A stretch of 64,000 nt of DNA, taken from NCBI GenBank assembly GCA_010909165.1, contig VJWM01000260.1:1-64000 (forward strand), read 5' to 3'. The notes under the pieces are model-generated. The model worked only from the letters and a program-made list of their open reading frames with translations, was not told the origin of the DNA and did no database searches. Positions 12,601 through 25,951 of the stretch are shown in pieces (position 1 is the first letter of the stretch; every line of letters begins with the position of its first letter). The stretch comes from Anthoceros angustus. Lineage: Eukaryota; Plantae; Anthocerotophyta. The position numbers and the translations under genes were made by a program.

Positions 12601-15196
12601 AGCACTGGAAGATAGCGACCAGATTCCCACTCACTGACTGCCTGCGGACGAGGAGTCCAGGAGCCCACCACTGCTGCTTCCACCTTCGGGCAGGCTTTTT
12701 CCATCCCAGCAAGAATCCAGGTTCAGAGACTCCAGCTTGAGAGTCCTGCTCGCTCAGACATCGGTAGTCTAGTCTACGTCTGCAAATTCAGTTTGATGTA
12801 ACCATAACCAGCTCTCTGGAATCTGGCCCGTCACTTTGTACAAATGGGAATCCAGCCAGTCTGTTTTCTCCTGTCCTTGAGCTTATCCATCCATACTCCC
12901 ACAGTTTTGAGGCCACGACATATGTTCCGATGATCCGTCACTGGGCGTTGCTCGTGTGCCGTTCGTGCCTGATCCCGAGCGTACACTCTAATCTTGCGAC
13001 AGCTAGGGCAAGGAAAGCTTCTGGACGATGACCGACTATTGTCCAACGATCTTACTGAGCGCTAGGATGTCTCAAGAGTACAGTAGAAAGCAGACTCGAG
13101 ACGTAGCCACCACGCTTTCCATTGCGGGCACCGACCAGCCACCGCCGGACCTTTCAGGCCAAAACTTCGTGCACCTACAACTCACATCACGCGCCGCCTA
13201 AGGTTGTTGACCATTCAACGGTGAACATTTGGGGCGGAATTATTAGCTGTTTACATAGTAGAGAAACACGTCAACACAGCTCCAGTTCCCATATGCTAAA
13301 AGTTAGACGTATTGCTTTCTCTAAGTGACCATAACTAGCAAGGAACCTTATCAAGGAAGAGCCCATGTAGAACACATACTCATACGAGACCCCAAGGGCC
13401 GCAATAAAAAGAAATAACTAATTTTTCACTAAAATCACTGATAATGTCATACGTAGGAAGATTACAAGGCTTACATAGTAATGAAGTAGAGTAGGATTTA
13501 TCACCTACTATCAAAAGATTATCACTGCATGTGCCCTTTCAAGTGTGCAATGGACACACGTTGCCGAAAGAATGCCGTGAAGTCGGAATGAAAAAGCACC
13601 ACACCGTGCCCACAAGCATATTAGGCTTTTGCGCAGGACTTATAAACTTATCAAAGTCATTAGAGAACGCCATCGGACTTCAAGGCTGCAGGGGTGAAGT
13701 TGTGGCTTGCTTGCATACCCCTGTCCTTGGAGACTTTTAATGCCCGCCCCCTAGCTGCTACCCAGCCTGGACAATAAAGGATGACCCACTAAGAGTTGGA
13801 ATCCATGATAGGATCAGTTACCACCATATCCGCCATTGGGAGTACATGGTCGTCTCGAATGAGATATACATTAAATTCTTCTCTCACCGTCCGAATTTGG
13901 CATCGCGCAAGATCTTTTTGACTGCCTTATGGCTGTGCATCTCACTTTGGAGGACGTTCCTTCAAATGTGGAACAGGGATCCAAGCACGAGCCTCATGGA
14001 TGTGCTTATCGGATCTGTATCTAAAGACATGTATTAGATTATCCATCTACATCTTTGGGCTCTTCACATAGACACTTAGACTTGAACTTCCTATTCGTGC
14101 CCATCACTATTTCATGGTGGGTGTTTTCTTGTGATATTCTAAGTTGTTCTATAGTTTCCTACATCAATATGAAAGTTCCAAGTCATAGCAATACATGAAT
14201 GTTAAGAAATAAATTAAACCAAACTAATATGAACCACAATCTAATGAGAACATGATGCTCTAAGCAATCTAATTCTAAGAATAATTAACCAATGATGAGG
14301 ATTTAATAAATCTACTAATAAACCTTATAATCACAATAACCACAAGCGACTACACAACATTACTAAGACTATACGAGAATATTGATTGGAGAATAGGTCA
14401 AATCACAACGCGTAGAAGACTCTACAAGACAAAGAAGTGTTTGTCGAAGATGACCACGGAATTTCAACTTGGAGACGCCGCTGCGAGAACCTTTAACCCT
14501 TAGCTCCCTAAGCGCTCAATCAAGAGATCTGAAGGATTTATGGCCATTTTCATGTATTTATGGTTGGGGCCCATGAAAGGTTCTTGGCCTTTGTGAAAAT
14601 TCTTTGGCAACGAAACGCGATTTTTTTATTTCAGTTTTTTGCACACACTTAGAGGACAGTGTTGGGTGTTCCGAGAAATGTTTGCTCAAGGAAGCGTGGA
14701 CTGTAGCATCCTTAAGAGCAAAAGATTTCACCCAAGAACTAAGAAACGAGGTTTTGGGAAAGTTACATGGATTTTTGTGCAATAATGTACATGCATCAGA
14801 ATCATAAGTGGCACATATCATTTTGAAGAAAATGACACGTTTGTGATTATGGTATTATAAAAAAAAATATGTGAGCAGAAAAATCGTAGAAAAGCCCATG
14901 ATCTTATTGGGGTTAAGCAGCACTTGCTGGAGAAATTTTTTCAATTAAAAAGAACTTGCTAGAGAAAGCAAGTGCTTGTTAATTGGAGCTCTTAGCAGGA
15001 TTGTTCTAACTTGGAAAGGTCAATATGAAAACATCCAGTAAGAACACTCTTGAGATATGTAATTTGTTGTCGTCCACACTTGGTTCATGCTCAAACATGT
15101 GTTGCTGACCTCAATAATTTTGGCCCAATAAATATAATCTGCCTGACCGAGCATGGTTCGTGGGCATACTAGTGCTCCCTACGGGCCCAATAACTG

Positions 15197-15312
15197 CTCG
15201 TCGTGGCCATTGCAAACACAACGTGTTATGTTTGCAGATCATGCTAAATCTCCTTTCAGGTCAAATAAGTACTCGCCGTGGCCATTGCAAACATAATGTG
15301 TTCTGTTTGCAG
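15197..15312. repeat. 41-bp imperfect direct repeat, 2 copies, period 75
   Basis: CTCG(T/C)CGTGGCCATTGCAAACA...TGTTTGCAG at 15197-15237 and 15272-15312. Confidence 0.85.
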
Positions 15313-15987
15313 GGCATACGAAAAGTGCTTTCACACATATGTGTACTTTGCCCGGTCAGGGCCTCGTATCAGGTTTGTTGTAGTGACCACCCCGACGTTT
15401 TACAGATCCAAGCGTTTTGCATGTCCAAAGCGTAACAAACTCGAAAGACGCACATCATAAATTCATTACGTACGTGTTTTATAACTAGGGCATACGGTAG
15501 GAGCTCATTAGAAGCAAGTCTCACGCTCCCTGAGTGATCGGATGTGTTAGCGTGCACCCACTAAAAGGCTAGGCTAGGTGCAAGCTGACACCGCCCGGGC
15601 CCCGGCCAAGGCATGTAAGCGTGGGTGTTGGGCCCCGCTTGAGAGTGGCCTGAACATCCACCGTAGGCTGATGATATGGTGATGAGACATCATCAGTGTA
15701 ATTACCGCCTTCCTAGTTTTCCTCCCGAGTCCCCATGTAAGCGACGTCCGGACCCCGAGGTGCATGATGCCTGTCGAGCATCACAACCGTGGGGAACTTA
15801 ACCGGCCTCAAATGCAGTATGTTTATGGGTTGCCGTGACCTAGGTCCAGGGTGCAGCAGCATATGAGCTGCTCTGAATTGTGTCGTGGCCGCCGAAGCCC
15901 CAGCCCGTGGAAGTGTTACTTCTCTAGTTCAAAATTGACGGGAGAAACTAGTCCTTGCTGCCTACAAGGTTTGCGTTCGTGTTATGT

Positions 15988-16257
15988 GCACAGATGGCAA
16001 GTTTGCATCTGATGACCGGCTTCTGACATTCGCTCTTCGGGTGAATGGTTGTTTCGTCCTAGTGCTCCGGTGATGGAGCTGCGCTCACACTGTTGATTTG
16101 GCTTTCTGGTTTGTCTTTGTCAATTCGTTTGTGTCATGCGCACGGATGGCAAGTTTGCGTCTGATGACCGGCTTCTGATCTTCGCTCGTTGGGTGAATGG
16201 TTGTTTCATCCTATTGCTCAGGTGATGGACCTGCTGTCACACTGATGATGGGCTTTT
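15988..16257. repeat. ~152-bp-period imperfect tandem duplication
   Basis: GCAC(A/G)GATGGCAAGTTTGC...GGTGATGGA at 15988-16077 and 16140-16229, with weaker similarity continuing downstream. Confidence 0.85.
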
Positions 16258-18010
16258 CCGCTCGTGTAATGCGGCACTCCATTGTGGTGGTTTGATGGGC
16301 GGGTCTCGTGTCTGTGTTGCCTGCTTTGATGGTTAGCCACAGAGGTGTGGGTCCAAATGAGTTGAGACGTCAAGCTCCTGCTGGTTTTGCTGAAACAGTG
16401 AAGGCAAAGACTCTTAAACAGAGCTACTTTGGGAGGATATTCAGATCCTGAGCCCGTCCGATCAAAATTTGCATGTATATTATGGCATTCTTGGACTATG
16501 GCTTGCATGTGGGGGCAACTTGGTATCACTAACTGGGGAGAACGGGGAGCCTTTCTCGGTGCACACCTACCAGGTACTGACGGGCCTTTCTTCCTATTTT
16601 GTCCCTGCGTATTGTTCTGATATGCTTTATCTGATTCTAGGTCGAATACTGCCAGTTGTTGCGGATGCAGGGTTTGAGCGGATTCCAAAAGTTTTTCTAA
16701 TGTCTAAACTCCCTTTACTGAGTGGAAACACAAGTAGCCATGTAGCAATGTTCATTGTGCCCCAGTGTCTTTTTGGTGATCCTGAAAGGACACTAGGTTG
16801 GGGGAGTCTCTTGGATGAATTTCCCCCTTTTCAAACGGTTGGCCCTGTGTTCACAGTTCGCCTTGCTGTTCCGCTGTGTCATTCTGCACCAAGACCATTT
16901 CAACCAAACTGGTTGTGAACCAGTAATGGTCATTTGTTGTGATTCAGTAACTGTGGATGCCCCAGCTGCAGGGAGGGAGATGTCAGCTGTGGAATGCACT
17001 TCAATTTATCTTGTTGGTTGTAGACACTCGTGGGTTCAATCTGCTCTCAGTTTAAGCGAGCTGAGAAGGTAGTATTTTGCTTCCAAGAGGTGCAAGAATC
17101 TGGCTTTGTCTGTGGTCTCGCCAACAGATCTGCACACTCGTCGTTTTTGAGTGTTCTTTCCTGGGGCTTGTGACGCCTCGAAGCAATTCATGGTAGCATG
17201 CACAGGAATTCTCTATTCTCTGTCGGCAGTAGGCAACACGGTACCGGATGCTTCTGCTCCTTAACTGCTGAAGTTATCTGAAGCAGAAGCAGTAGTAGGC
17301 CACCAACTGCTATTGATGGTCAGCAGGTGGTTGCCATTCATACTTACCTGAAGCTGCTTGTATTTTGCCTACGATATCCTGTCCAGCTAGGTGGCATGGG
17401 AGAGATGTGGTCAATACTAGAATGCAGAATAGGCTCCTTAAGTCAAGAGCACTGAGCTTGTGCTCGAGGCAGGGTGATGCAGTATCCACCACAGGCAGAA
17501 ATGTTTGCATACAGACTCTGTGGGTGTTGGAAACTATGCTAAGGTATTGGGACAATACGAAGAACAGTACACGGGGGTTTGTTAGAGCACCCTCTTGTTG
17601 CCTGATGGGATTTGAAAGAGAGTTTTGGTGCCAACAACAACACTATTTTCTGCTTCAGGCTCTGCATCCGTGGTACGTGCGTTGCAATTTTTGCTGGTCT
17701 TGCCAGAGTTTGTCGTGTGCCACACCACTTACACGAAATAGTCCAGTTTGTAAGACCCAAGTTTTATTATTTGGACAGAACCTTGACAACAAGTAGTTGC
17801 ACTAGAGAAGTTGTCCAAGATTGGTGCAGATAGCGACTAAGACGTTAAGTGATGACTGGAGCTCCAACTTCAAAAGCCGCCGACCTCATGGTTGTTGCTG
17901 GCTGGCCCATCTGTATTCATCCACGCACATCTTGTGTCAGTGTTGTTGTTTCAAAGAAATGTAGTAGTCTTAGAATTGTAGTACCTCATTGTGAAGGCAG
18001 GAGAGTCCGC

Positions 18011-18310
18011 TCAGGCGCATTTGAAGCCAGGTTGCACATTCAGAGTACAGGTCTTGACGTAGTTGGTGACGAGCGGATCAGTTGAGAGGATCCCCGCGCT
18101 GCTTAAGATGCTGCAGAGGCAGTCGAGCGTTACCGCCTTGACGGCTGCGCAGCATTTATCGGTTGGCGCCTGCAGTATGCTGCCGGTGGACGAGTCTACG
18201 CAGGGTGAGAGGCTTGTTGCAACACATCCAGCCTCGGCAATTCGCACTGTGGCTATCACCACGACGAACGCCATCAGGGCAAGAGCAATGCTCCTTACGG
18301 TGACTGCCAT
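18011..18310 (-). CDS. Non-specific lipid transfer protein (8-cysteine motif, secreted)
   Basis: Intronless 99-aa ORF with a signal peptide ending AEA and the motif C-X7-C-X15-CC-X9-CLC-X21-C-X9-C. Confidence 0.93.
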   Translation of the reverse strand: MAVTVRSIALALMAFVVVIATVRIAEAGCVATSLSPCVDSSTGSILQAPTDKCCAAVKAVTLDCLCSILSSAGILSTDPLVTNYVKTCTLNVQPGFKCA

Positions 18311-18388
18311 GGCCCGGAGTGCTGCCCGGATTGTTTGTGTGTGTGCGTGAGAAATGCTGCGATGGTTGAGCTGAATTTACCTGCTCTC

Positions 18389-18394
18389 TATATA
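18389..18394 (-). promoter_or_regulatory. Candidate TATA box of the nsLTP gene
   Basis: CCTATATAGAG on the minus strand, about 80 bp upstream of the ATG. Confidence 0.45.
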
Positions 18395-18828
18395 GGCCGT
18401 TAAACGTTCCTTCCATTTGGATTTCGTCCCGTCGATTAGATGATAATGTGGAACGGCACGGGGGCCAGGCCGCAGCATGGCGACCTAACAGACACCTTCC
18501 CGGCCTCACGCGCTCCCCAGCAGTCACCACGCCAAGTGAAAGGGGAGGGAAGGTGGATGGGACTGTGTAATGTGAGCCCGTGCGCAGCATGTGTAGTCCC
18601 CAAATTTCTGATTTCCGCAGCAGTCTATGTGTCGAAGACAAATGTACATATTAAGCGTATCGAATGGCTCCTTTGTTACACGCATGATCAAACTTGGGAA
18701 TGTGTGACACTGTGCGGTCCGGCTTTATCCGATTCCATTTCTTTGGTAGATGTTGGTCCCGTTTGAGCTAATAACCTAGCAACAGGGATCGCGTAGGCAT
18801 TTGCAATCTGCGGTTGGTACGAGTTGTC

Positions 18829-19909
18829 ATGGCGCTGCAGCTGCTCGGAGTGGCGAAGGCCTTGCCACTTGTGCTGTTAGGTCTCCTCACCCACCACCTC
18901 TTGTTCAAGGACGCGGACACTGAGCTCCCCGGGCTCGGAAATGGTTGCCCCCAGGTGACGGCGTATTCCTGGCGAATCGGCCATGAAGGGACAGACAATT
19001 TCTTGTGCGTGCTGGTTCAGTTCTTCAAGGCAGCACTGTCGAGTGCCGAGGGGCAGTGGGTTACCGGATATGTGGGATCCCTGGCGGTGGCTGCGTTTGC
19101 TTTCATGGCTGTGGAGGGATCAAGGTACGAGGCGTCCTTTGTCTTTTCGCTGCCCTCGTAGCTTCCTGGCATTGCTCGCTCCGTCAATTTGGTGAATTGG
19201 TGGCAGGTATGGGAGCGGGTGGTTGTTGTCGTTGTTGCCTATTCACGCGCTCCTTTTTCAGTTGAAGGGGATCTCTGTGGTGGTGCCTCTAGTATGGCTG
19301 CCGCTTTACTTCCTGTACGGTGGCAACCACCGATTATCTGAGGCGAACAAGCTGGGCAGGAAAGTCTCTATTTTTCGTGTTATGCTTATTGCGCTGGGTG
19401 TTGCAGCATTGCAGTTCAACATAGCTGGTATGATTTTCCCTCTGGAGGATTTGCAGAAAGAGTTATTCATCCTCGCGTTCCAGTTCGCGCCAATACTTGT
19501 GCCCTTGCTTTGGCTCCCTGTGCGCACCACAGAGACCACACCCCATGTGCGTGGCCACAAGGCCATCATTGCGTTGCACATTCTGGAGGCAGGAGCTGGA
19601 CTGTTGTGGCACATGGTGGCCCTTGTGTATCTAGTTCGGGATCCCAATCTGCTCCGCGTCGCCCTTCAGGCTCTGACTAACCACACCCCAGGCTCCTCCA
19701 CGTTCCCTGTCTTCTTCCTAGCCCTCGACTGTGTTGTTCTCTTTCTGGCTCTCCTCTACCTGGCTACCTTAGAAGACGGCTTCCTGGTCGGCTCTGTCGT
19801 ACTTGCAGGAGCAGTAGCAGTCGGGCCTGCTGCATCTGTATCCTTGTACTTTGCCTACCGAGAACAGCGAATTTCAGCTGGTGATTATTATGCTAAGAAA
19901 CGGGAATGA
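18829..19909 (+). CDS. Multipass membrane protein of unknown function (motif resemblance to fungal CtvD/AurD-like proteins)
   Basis: Exon 1 18829-19124, 82-bp GT-AG intron 19125-19206, exon 2 19207-19909. They join in frame (VEGSR/YGSGWLL) to give ~332 aa with many hydrophobic helices. Confidence 0.85.
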
Positions 19910-20960
19910 TGTGGGACAGCGAGTTACAGCTCGGATGGCCTCACCTTCAGTACTCTGGAAGCTTCTTACAGCCTGATTTCACTGGACATCGCCAGTGAAG
20001 CCTTTGTTATTCACAGATTCTCTCAAGAGTTGAGGAAGGAGTCAGTAGAGCAAGGTCACGCCAACTGCACTGTGCACTGTGCACTGGCCCATGGTGCTAG
20101 TGTTCGCATGAGGAGTAGCTGGGGATGCTCCTAGTCTGCAGTTTCTGCTGTTGCATACGCTGGCTCCTCCTCCATAATCCATTTGGTACTGCTTGGGGAT
20201 GATTTTGTCACTTAGTGAATTGCGTCGATAGGGTGTCCAACTCCCTTCAAGTTGTGAGATCCGTAGAGGGACGTTGACAGTTGGAAGTGACAGTTGGAAG
20301 TTCTAGGGCAGACTGAAAGGGAAGACGTGAGTGTACCACACCGGCCAACCTAACCCTTCCGAAAAAGAGTCCTCCGTATGCCAGTTCGCAAACTATTTTT
20401 ATGGCGCACGTCGACAGCTCCAAATGGCTTATGGGTTCGTGTATCACGCCGGCCACACGCCCGTCTCCTCTCACCCAGAACTTTGTGAAGCTTAGCCTTG
20501 ACAGCCTCCCCGCCCGTCGCTGTACGTACGCTGTTGTAATAAGAGGGCCGGCCAAAGGCAAAGGCAAAGGGGCCAGCGTTGACGCTCCTGTGGTCGTCGG
20601 AGGCGGGAGGCGGGAGGCGGGATGTCCTTCCTCCCCGTTCACGTTCACCGCATTGGGCTGACGAGAAATCCGGTGCCAATGTAATAAGCATCCGTGCAGC
20701 TTTTCTTTATTATTGTAGCTTTCCGGTCGCGGGGGTCGACCGTCGGGGCACCCATTACCGTATAAACCTGGGTAAAGTCTGTATGTCATCCGCATGGCAG
20801 GCACCACGTGATCGAACCAGGTGGTCCCAGAGTCATCGAGGGGGCTCGCATCTACATGTTGAGAGAGAGCAGGCCGGAGGTTGGACCAAACCTAGGAGAA
20901 ATCTCATCGGCGTGGAAGAAGTTGTCGACGCGATGCGGAACGCTTGAATACTGGGCAGGC

Positions 20961-21038
20961 CATAAGGCAGGAAACCTGCTCCTTTTCCCGAGCAAGAGCA
21001 TAAGGCAGGAAACCTGCTCCTTTTCCCGAGCAAGAGCA
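20961..21038. repeat. Perfect 38-bp tandem duplication
   Basis: CATAAGGCAGGAAACCTGCTCCTTTTCCCGAGCAAGAG at 20961 and 20999. Confidence 0.95.
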
Positions 21039-21208
21039 GAAGTGAGCTCAAGTGAGCTTGAGAATGGAGGAATCCAGAGAAAGCCAAATGCCCCTGCCCA
21101 TAATGCTTATCCAAGAGGGTCGCTTAAAAGCCCATGCAGCCCAACCTCGGGGAGTGAGGAAAAATGAGGCAGTGCGGCCCTAACGCCTGAGAATAAAGAT
21201 CCCCTGGC

Positions 21209-21385
21209 TGTGTGAAAGCGATCATTTATGAAGCTCGCTGAATTACATGACAGTCACGCTCTTGTGTCCAAAGCGCTTATGATGCCTTGAACACTCTACA
21301 ACTTGATTCTTAAGCACTTTGTGATACGAGCATTCTCTTCGTGCTTGATGCTCTTCGTGCTTGATGTTCTCCATGTTTAATCACA
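21209..21385 (+). repeat. Copia 5' LTR (177 bp)
   Basis: TGTGTGAAAGCG...TTTAATCACA, matches the 3' LTR. Confidence 0.95.
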
Positions 21386-21397
21386 TGGTATCAGAGC
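21386..21397 (+). promoter_or_regulatory. Primer-binding site (initiator tRNA-Met)
   Basis: TGGTATCAGAGC immediately after the 5' LTR. Confidence 0.95.
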
Positions 21398-21461
21398 AGA
21401 ACGAAAATCGAACATGCTTAGAATTATGATGCAGGGCAGACTCTGATTGAGACTATCCAAT

Positions 21462-21806
21462 ATGGATAGATTCTGCCCTCGATGCTCTCATCGTCATGAA
21501 CAAAATTCTAGCAGTAGAAGGAAAACTCCCTCTCACTTTCAGAAAACAAGAAACGATCCTCGTACTTGTAGACATGTCTCACCTCCAGCCCATACAAATA
21601 CAGAGATTAGTCTTCTGCACCAAAAGACCACACATAGATTAGTCAGGCAATCAATAAGCTATGCCCAAACTAGAAATCATGAACACAAAACCCAACTTTC
21701 TTCTCTTTCCACTTATGTGGATGACATTTACAGGAGACAGCATGACATCTATGCAATCCTAGACAAGATTCAATCACAATTAGACATGATAAGCAAAAAT
21801 TATTAA
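21462..21806 (+). CDS. Extra 114-aa ORF upstream of Copia gag
   Basis: ATG 21462 to TAA 21806; N-terminal CxxC and amphipathic C-terminus; ends ~30 nt before the gag ATG. Confidence 0.35.
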   Translation: MDRFCPRCSHRHEQNSSSRRKTPSHFQKTRNDPRTCRHVSPPAHTNTEISLLHQKTTHRLVRQSISYAQTRNHEHKTQLSSLSTYVDDIYRRQHDIYAILDKIQSQLDMISKNY

Positions 21807-21838
21807 TTCTACATCCTAGCAAGCACAATTTGAGCACA

Positions 21839-24800
21839 ATGGCAAACCCCTCTACTAACAGGGCCTATCAGATTGATAAATTGACTAGCGTTAATTATCA
21901 CACTTGGGCACCCCGTCTTGAGATGCTTCTGTTAAGAAGTTCCATATGGACTGTAGTTAATGGCACAGAAGTTCAGCCTGCAGCCAACCACACTGACTTA
22001 CCTGCATGGTTGGTCAAGGATGCTCAAGCACGATCTGACATATTGTTGCATGTAGCAGATAGATTAATACCTATCATCAAAAGATTAACTACAGCAAAAG
22101 CTATGTGGGACAAGCTCAAATCCACATATCACGAGGGGAGCATGGCTTTTAGGCTCTATGCTCAAGAACAATTGCAATCAAACAAGCTCATAGAAGGCAA
22201 TTCTGTCCTAGATTTCTTAGAAAACTGGCAAGCTTCTCTAGATGCAGTCATCTCCTCTGGATTAACTTTGGATGATGAGACACAGGTTATGCATCTCTTG
22301 AGAGCATTACCGTGGGGCCCTTTTATCATAGCACAAGCGATACCAACAATCCTTTAACCCTTGAGACATTAATCCTAGAATTATGCATGAAGCTAGGCTA
22401 AGGCAATCACACCTAACTTCAAGTACTCCGGTACATCTCTGTTGGTAGCAAGCGCCGAATACCGCAAACCATCTTCTTCTTGGAGGATCCCAACGGATCC
22501 CTCCTCCCAACAATCCTGCACATAGGAATAAAACATGTCACTCGCCGACAGGGCACATCGCACCGATTGCGGGAAGAACGAGAGGGATCGGTTAAAACCC
22601 TATACCTACTCCCCGCCTCAACAACCTTGCCCAAGCTGCAGGTCAAGGCCCTTCTTATGTATTCTCAACTCAGTCTCAAACACTGAATTTTCAGTCTTTC
22701 CAAGATTCATGGCTCCTAGATAGCGGAGCCACAGAGCACATGACACCAAGGAGAGACTGGTTCTTTACTTATGAAGCCTTACCTGCTCCACAAACTGTCT
22801 ATATGGGAGATAGCTCTCCCCACAAGGCAGTTGGTAAGGGAGTGGTGCAGGTCCAACTGCAGAATCATGTTGTCTTCATCCGAGACGTCCTGCATGTTCC
22901 TGAGCTAACACACAATCTGCTGTCAGTCACCCAAGCCACGAGACAACCCACTAGCACAATAACCTTTACTCATAAAGGTTGTCTGATTACGTTCAGACAT
23001 GCTGCAGGCCAGCTAGTCAAGCTTTTCTATCCCCAGAGTGGTAAGTTATTTTACGTGGCTAAGGGCATATTGCCCACTCTAGATTTAGTCCAGCCCACAC
23101 ATCTCAGTTTAGTAGCCACCGATTTAGGTGCCACAACTACCCTATGGCACTTGCGATTAGCACATCTGCACCTACAAGGCATGCAGAGAATGTCTAGCAA
23201 GAATATGGTTTTAGGGTTACCTTCCAAGTTGGGCAATTTACCTTTGTGTTCCGGTTGTGTGGTTGGCAAACATACAAGTCAACCTTACCCGAAATCTCAC
23301 AGCAAGACATCTCGCGTGCTAGAATTGGTGCACGCTGATCTTTGTATTATGCATGCATACCACCCTCACAAGAAAGTGTATATGTCTTGATTGTGATTTC
23401 AGCCACTATACACATTTGTATTTTCTTAAATACAAGCCCAAGCCTTCACGAGCTTCAAAGCCTTCAGCCTAGAAAAATCTTTGCAAAGTTGTGGATCTTC
23501 CGATAATGCGGAGAACTTACCTCTCCTCTCTTTGAGACACATACAAGCCCATGGAATTCAACACGTAAAATTGTCCTCAGCAATCGGGCAAGGCGCCATC
23601 GCTCAATAATGGATGGAGTTCGCAGCGCCTCAACACCGCTGGCCTCCCAATTATTTGTGGGCGAGGGCGCCTCCGCCTCTATGTACAAAACCGCTGCCGG
23701 ACTTCAACCATCGCAGATAAAACACCTTATGAACTGTGGACGGGGAAGAAACCAAATGTTAGCCATCTCCGTATCTTTGGATGCACGGCATATAAATATG
23801 TTCCACCGGAGATTCGAAAGAAGCTGGATCCGCGCTCCATCAAGCTTACCTTTGTAGGATACGGGGAAGATGCCGGCGTGAAGGGTTACCGTCTTTACGA
23901 TCGACACACCCGCCGCTTCACATTAGCAAGGAATGTGATCTTCGATGAATCTTCTATCCTCGGTAATCCCCCTCAAGATACGATTCCTGTAGAGCGTGAA
24001 ATGCCTCAGTCAGCCCCTCAAGCTGTCACCACCTTTGAGGAAGAATTCCCTCTAGCACCACCTCCAAACCCTATAGTTCCTCCGGCCATTCCACTGACCC
24101 CTGATACTGGCGAAGACCCTCCCGATCCCTTCGACTTTCACTGGCTTTATGACTCGGACTCTGAGTCTGATGGCCTTGTGCTAGGAGCCGGGCCTGATCC
24201 TGCTCAGCCACAGGGGGGCATCCTACAAGATCCTAATGTTGCTGTGCAGGATCAACCAGACTCTCCAGAGCCAATCAGACGATCTACAAGATCCAACAGA
24301 GGGATTCCTGGAGTAAAATTTCATGACCTCACTTTCAACAAGTCACATGGCACTTCTTCTCACGCTCTATTCAGAGCTGATATTGTCCCTGTCAAACAAG
24401 CTCTTGAAGGACCAGAATCTAACTCCAAGGCGAGGCAATGAAAAGTGAATATCAATCTTTGATTTCTAATGACACATGGACTTTGGTTGATCCACCACAC
24501 GGACATAACATCGTCGGAAGCAAATGGGTGTTACGAAGCACAATGCGTATGGCTCCTTAGCTAGATTCAAGGCCGGACTCGTAGCCGGGCTTCACAAAAG
24601 AGCGGTGTCGATTACTGAGACAAGTATTTTCATCCGGTAGTTAAACTCACCTCTCGTGTGATGCTTGCCTTAGCTGCTTTGCATAGTCTTCTTATACATC
24701 AACTAGGCGTGGAGACGGCCTTTCTACATGGGATCTTAAAGGAGGATATCTACGTACAACAGCCTCCTGGATATGAAGTTTCTGGACAGGAGTCCAAGGT

Positions 24801-25880
24801 GTGCAAACTTAAGAAAACCCTTTATGGCCTCAAACAGTCTCCAAGAGGCTGGTACGAACGCTTCCAATTATATTTGCTCAAACTTGGCTATGTGAAAAGT
24901 TCTGTAGATGCCAGTGTGTTCATAAGAAACAGAGGGCAGCTGTTACTCATGATGGGTCTCTATGTTGATGACCTGATTATGGTTTCCAATGATGAGAGGT
25001 ACTTAGTTGAATGCAAGTCGGCTCTTAGGCAAGAGTTCAAAATGACTGATAATGGCAGCATGACGTACTGTTTAGGCATTCAGGTTATTCAAGATCCCTC
25101 TCATCACACTGTCACTTTACATCAGGGAACGTATGTTTCTAATCTACTTACCAAGTATCAAATGTCTAGTCAGAACACATTGACACACCTATGCAGACAG
25201 GTGCTAGGCTAAGCAAAACCATGTCACCTCAAACAGATGATGAAGCTGCTGAGATGCAGCTAGTCCCATATGCTGGTGTAGTTGGCAGTGTTCAACATTT
25301 AGCTCAGTATACCAGGGTAGATATAGCATGTCCCAATGGCCATGTCTCTCAGTTCCTCTCAAATCCTGGTAAGTTACATTGGGTGGCCGCCAAGAGAATT
25401 CTTAGATATCTTCAACGGACGAAAACCCGTGGGATTCAGTATAAAGGAGGTCCTAATGCTCAGACTAAGTTGATTGGTTGGACTGATGCCGATTGGGCTG
25501 GAGATCCGGACACTCAATCCACCAGTGGCTATGTTTTCATGCTTGCAGGTGGCGCAGTCAGTTGGAAATCGAAGAAGCAAACTTCGATTGCTCTTAGCTC
25601 AGCTGAATCAGAATACATCGCTGCTGCCTCTGCAGCCAAAGAAGGCTTATGGATAGTCCAACTACTTCAAGATCTTGGATATCCACACAAGGGACCTCTC
25701 GAGCTCATGTGCGACAACCAAGCTACCATTGCTCTCTCTCGAGATCTCCGATTCCACGAACGATCCAAGCATATCGAATTACGTTATCACTTTCTGCAGC
25801 TCAAGGTGGAATTAGGAGAATTACACCCTCGTTCCAAGCGAATATCGACGGACATCGACCAAGCCTCTCGGGAAGATTAA
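21839..25880 (+). pseudogene. Copia gag-pol, frameshifted as assembled
   Basis: Gag NYHTWAPRLEMLL; protease WLLDSGATEHMT (~22709); pre-integrase LWHLRLAHL; integrase LELVHADLC and RNVIFDES; RT ETAFLHG and LYVDDLI; RNase H WTDADWAGD and SSAESEY. Confidence 0.93.
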
Positions 25881-25951
25881 ACACGATGGTTTCTGCTCCT
25901 TGTTAGGACTGATAGATTTAGCTTTACCATAGATTCTGATCGTTTCGCTTC

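Noticed and set aside
13720-13750. VLGDF(N)AR-like LINE endonuclease motif
   Set aside because: Single short frameshifted motif with no convincing neighbouring motifs; too weak to call
14493-14916. TTAACCCT...GGGGTTAA resembling piggyBac ends
   Set aside because: The inverted repeats do not match beyond three bases
9750-17950. Numerous short ORFs
   Set aside because: No recognisable domains, consistent splice chains or coding-like composition; treated as intergenic or decayed TE sequence
20200-21208. Possible older element hosting the Copia insertion
   Set aside because: No termini, TSD or coding motif could be defined
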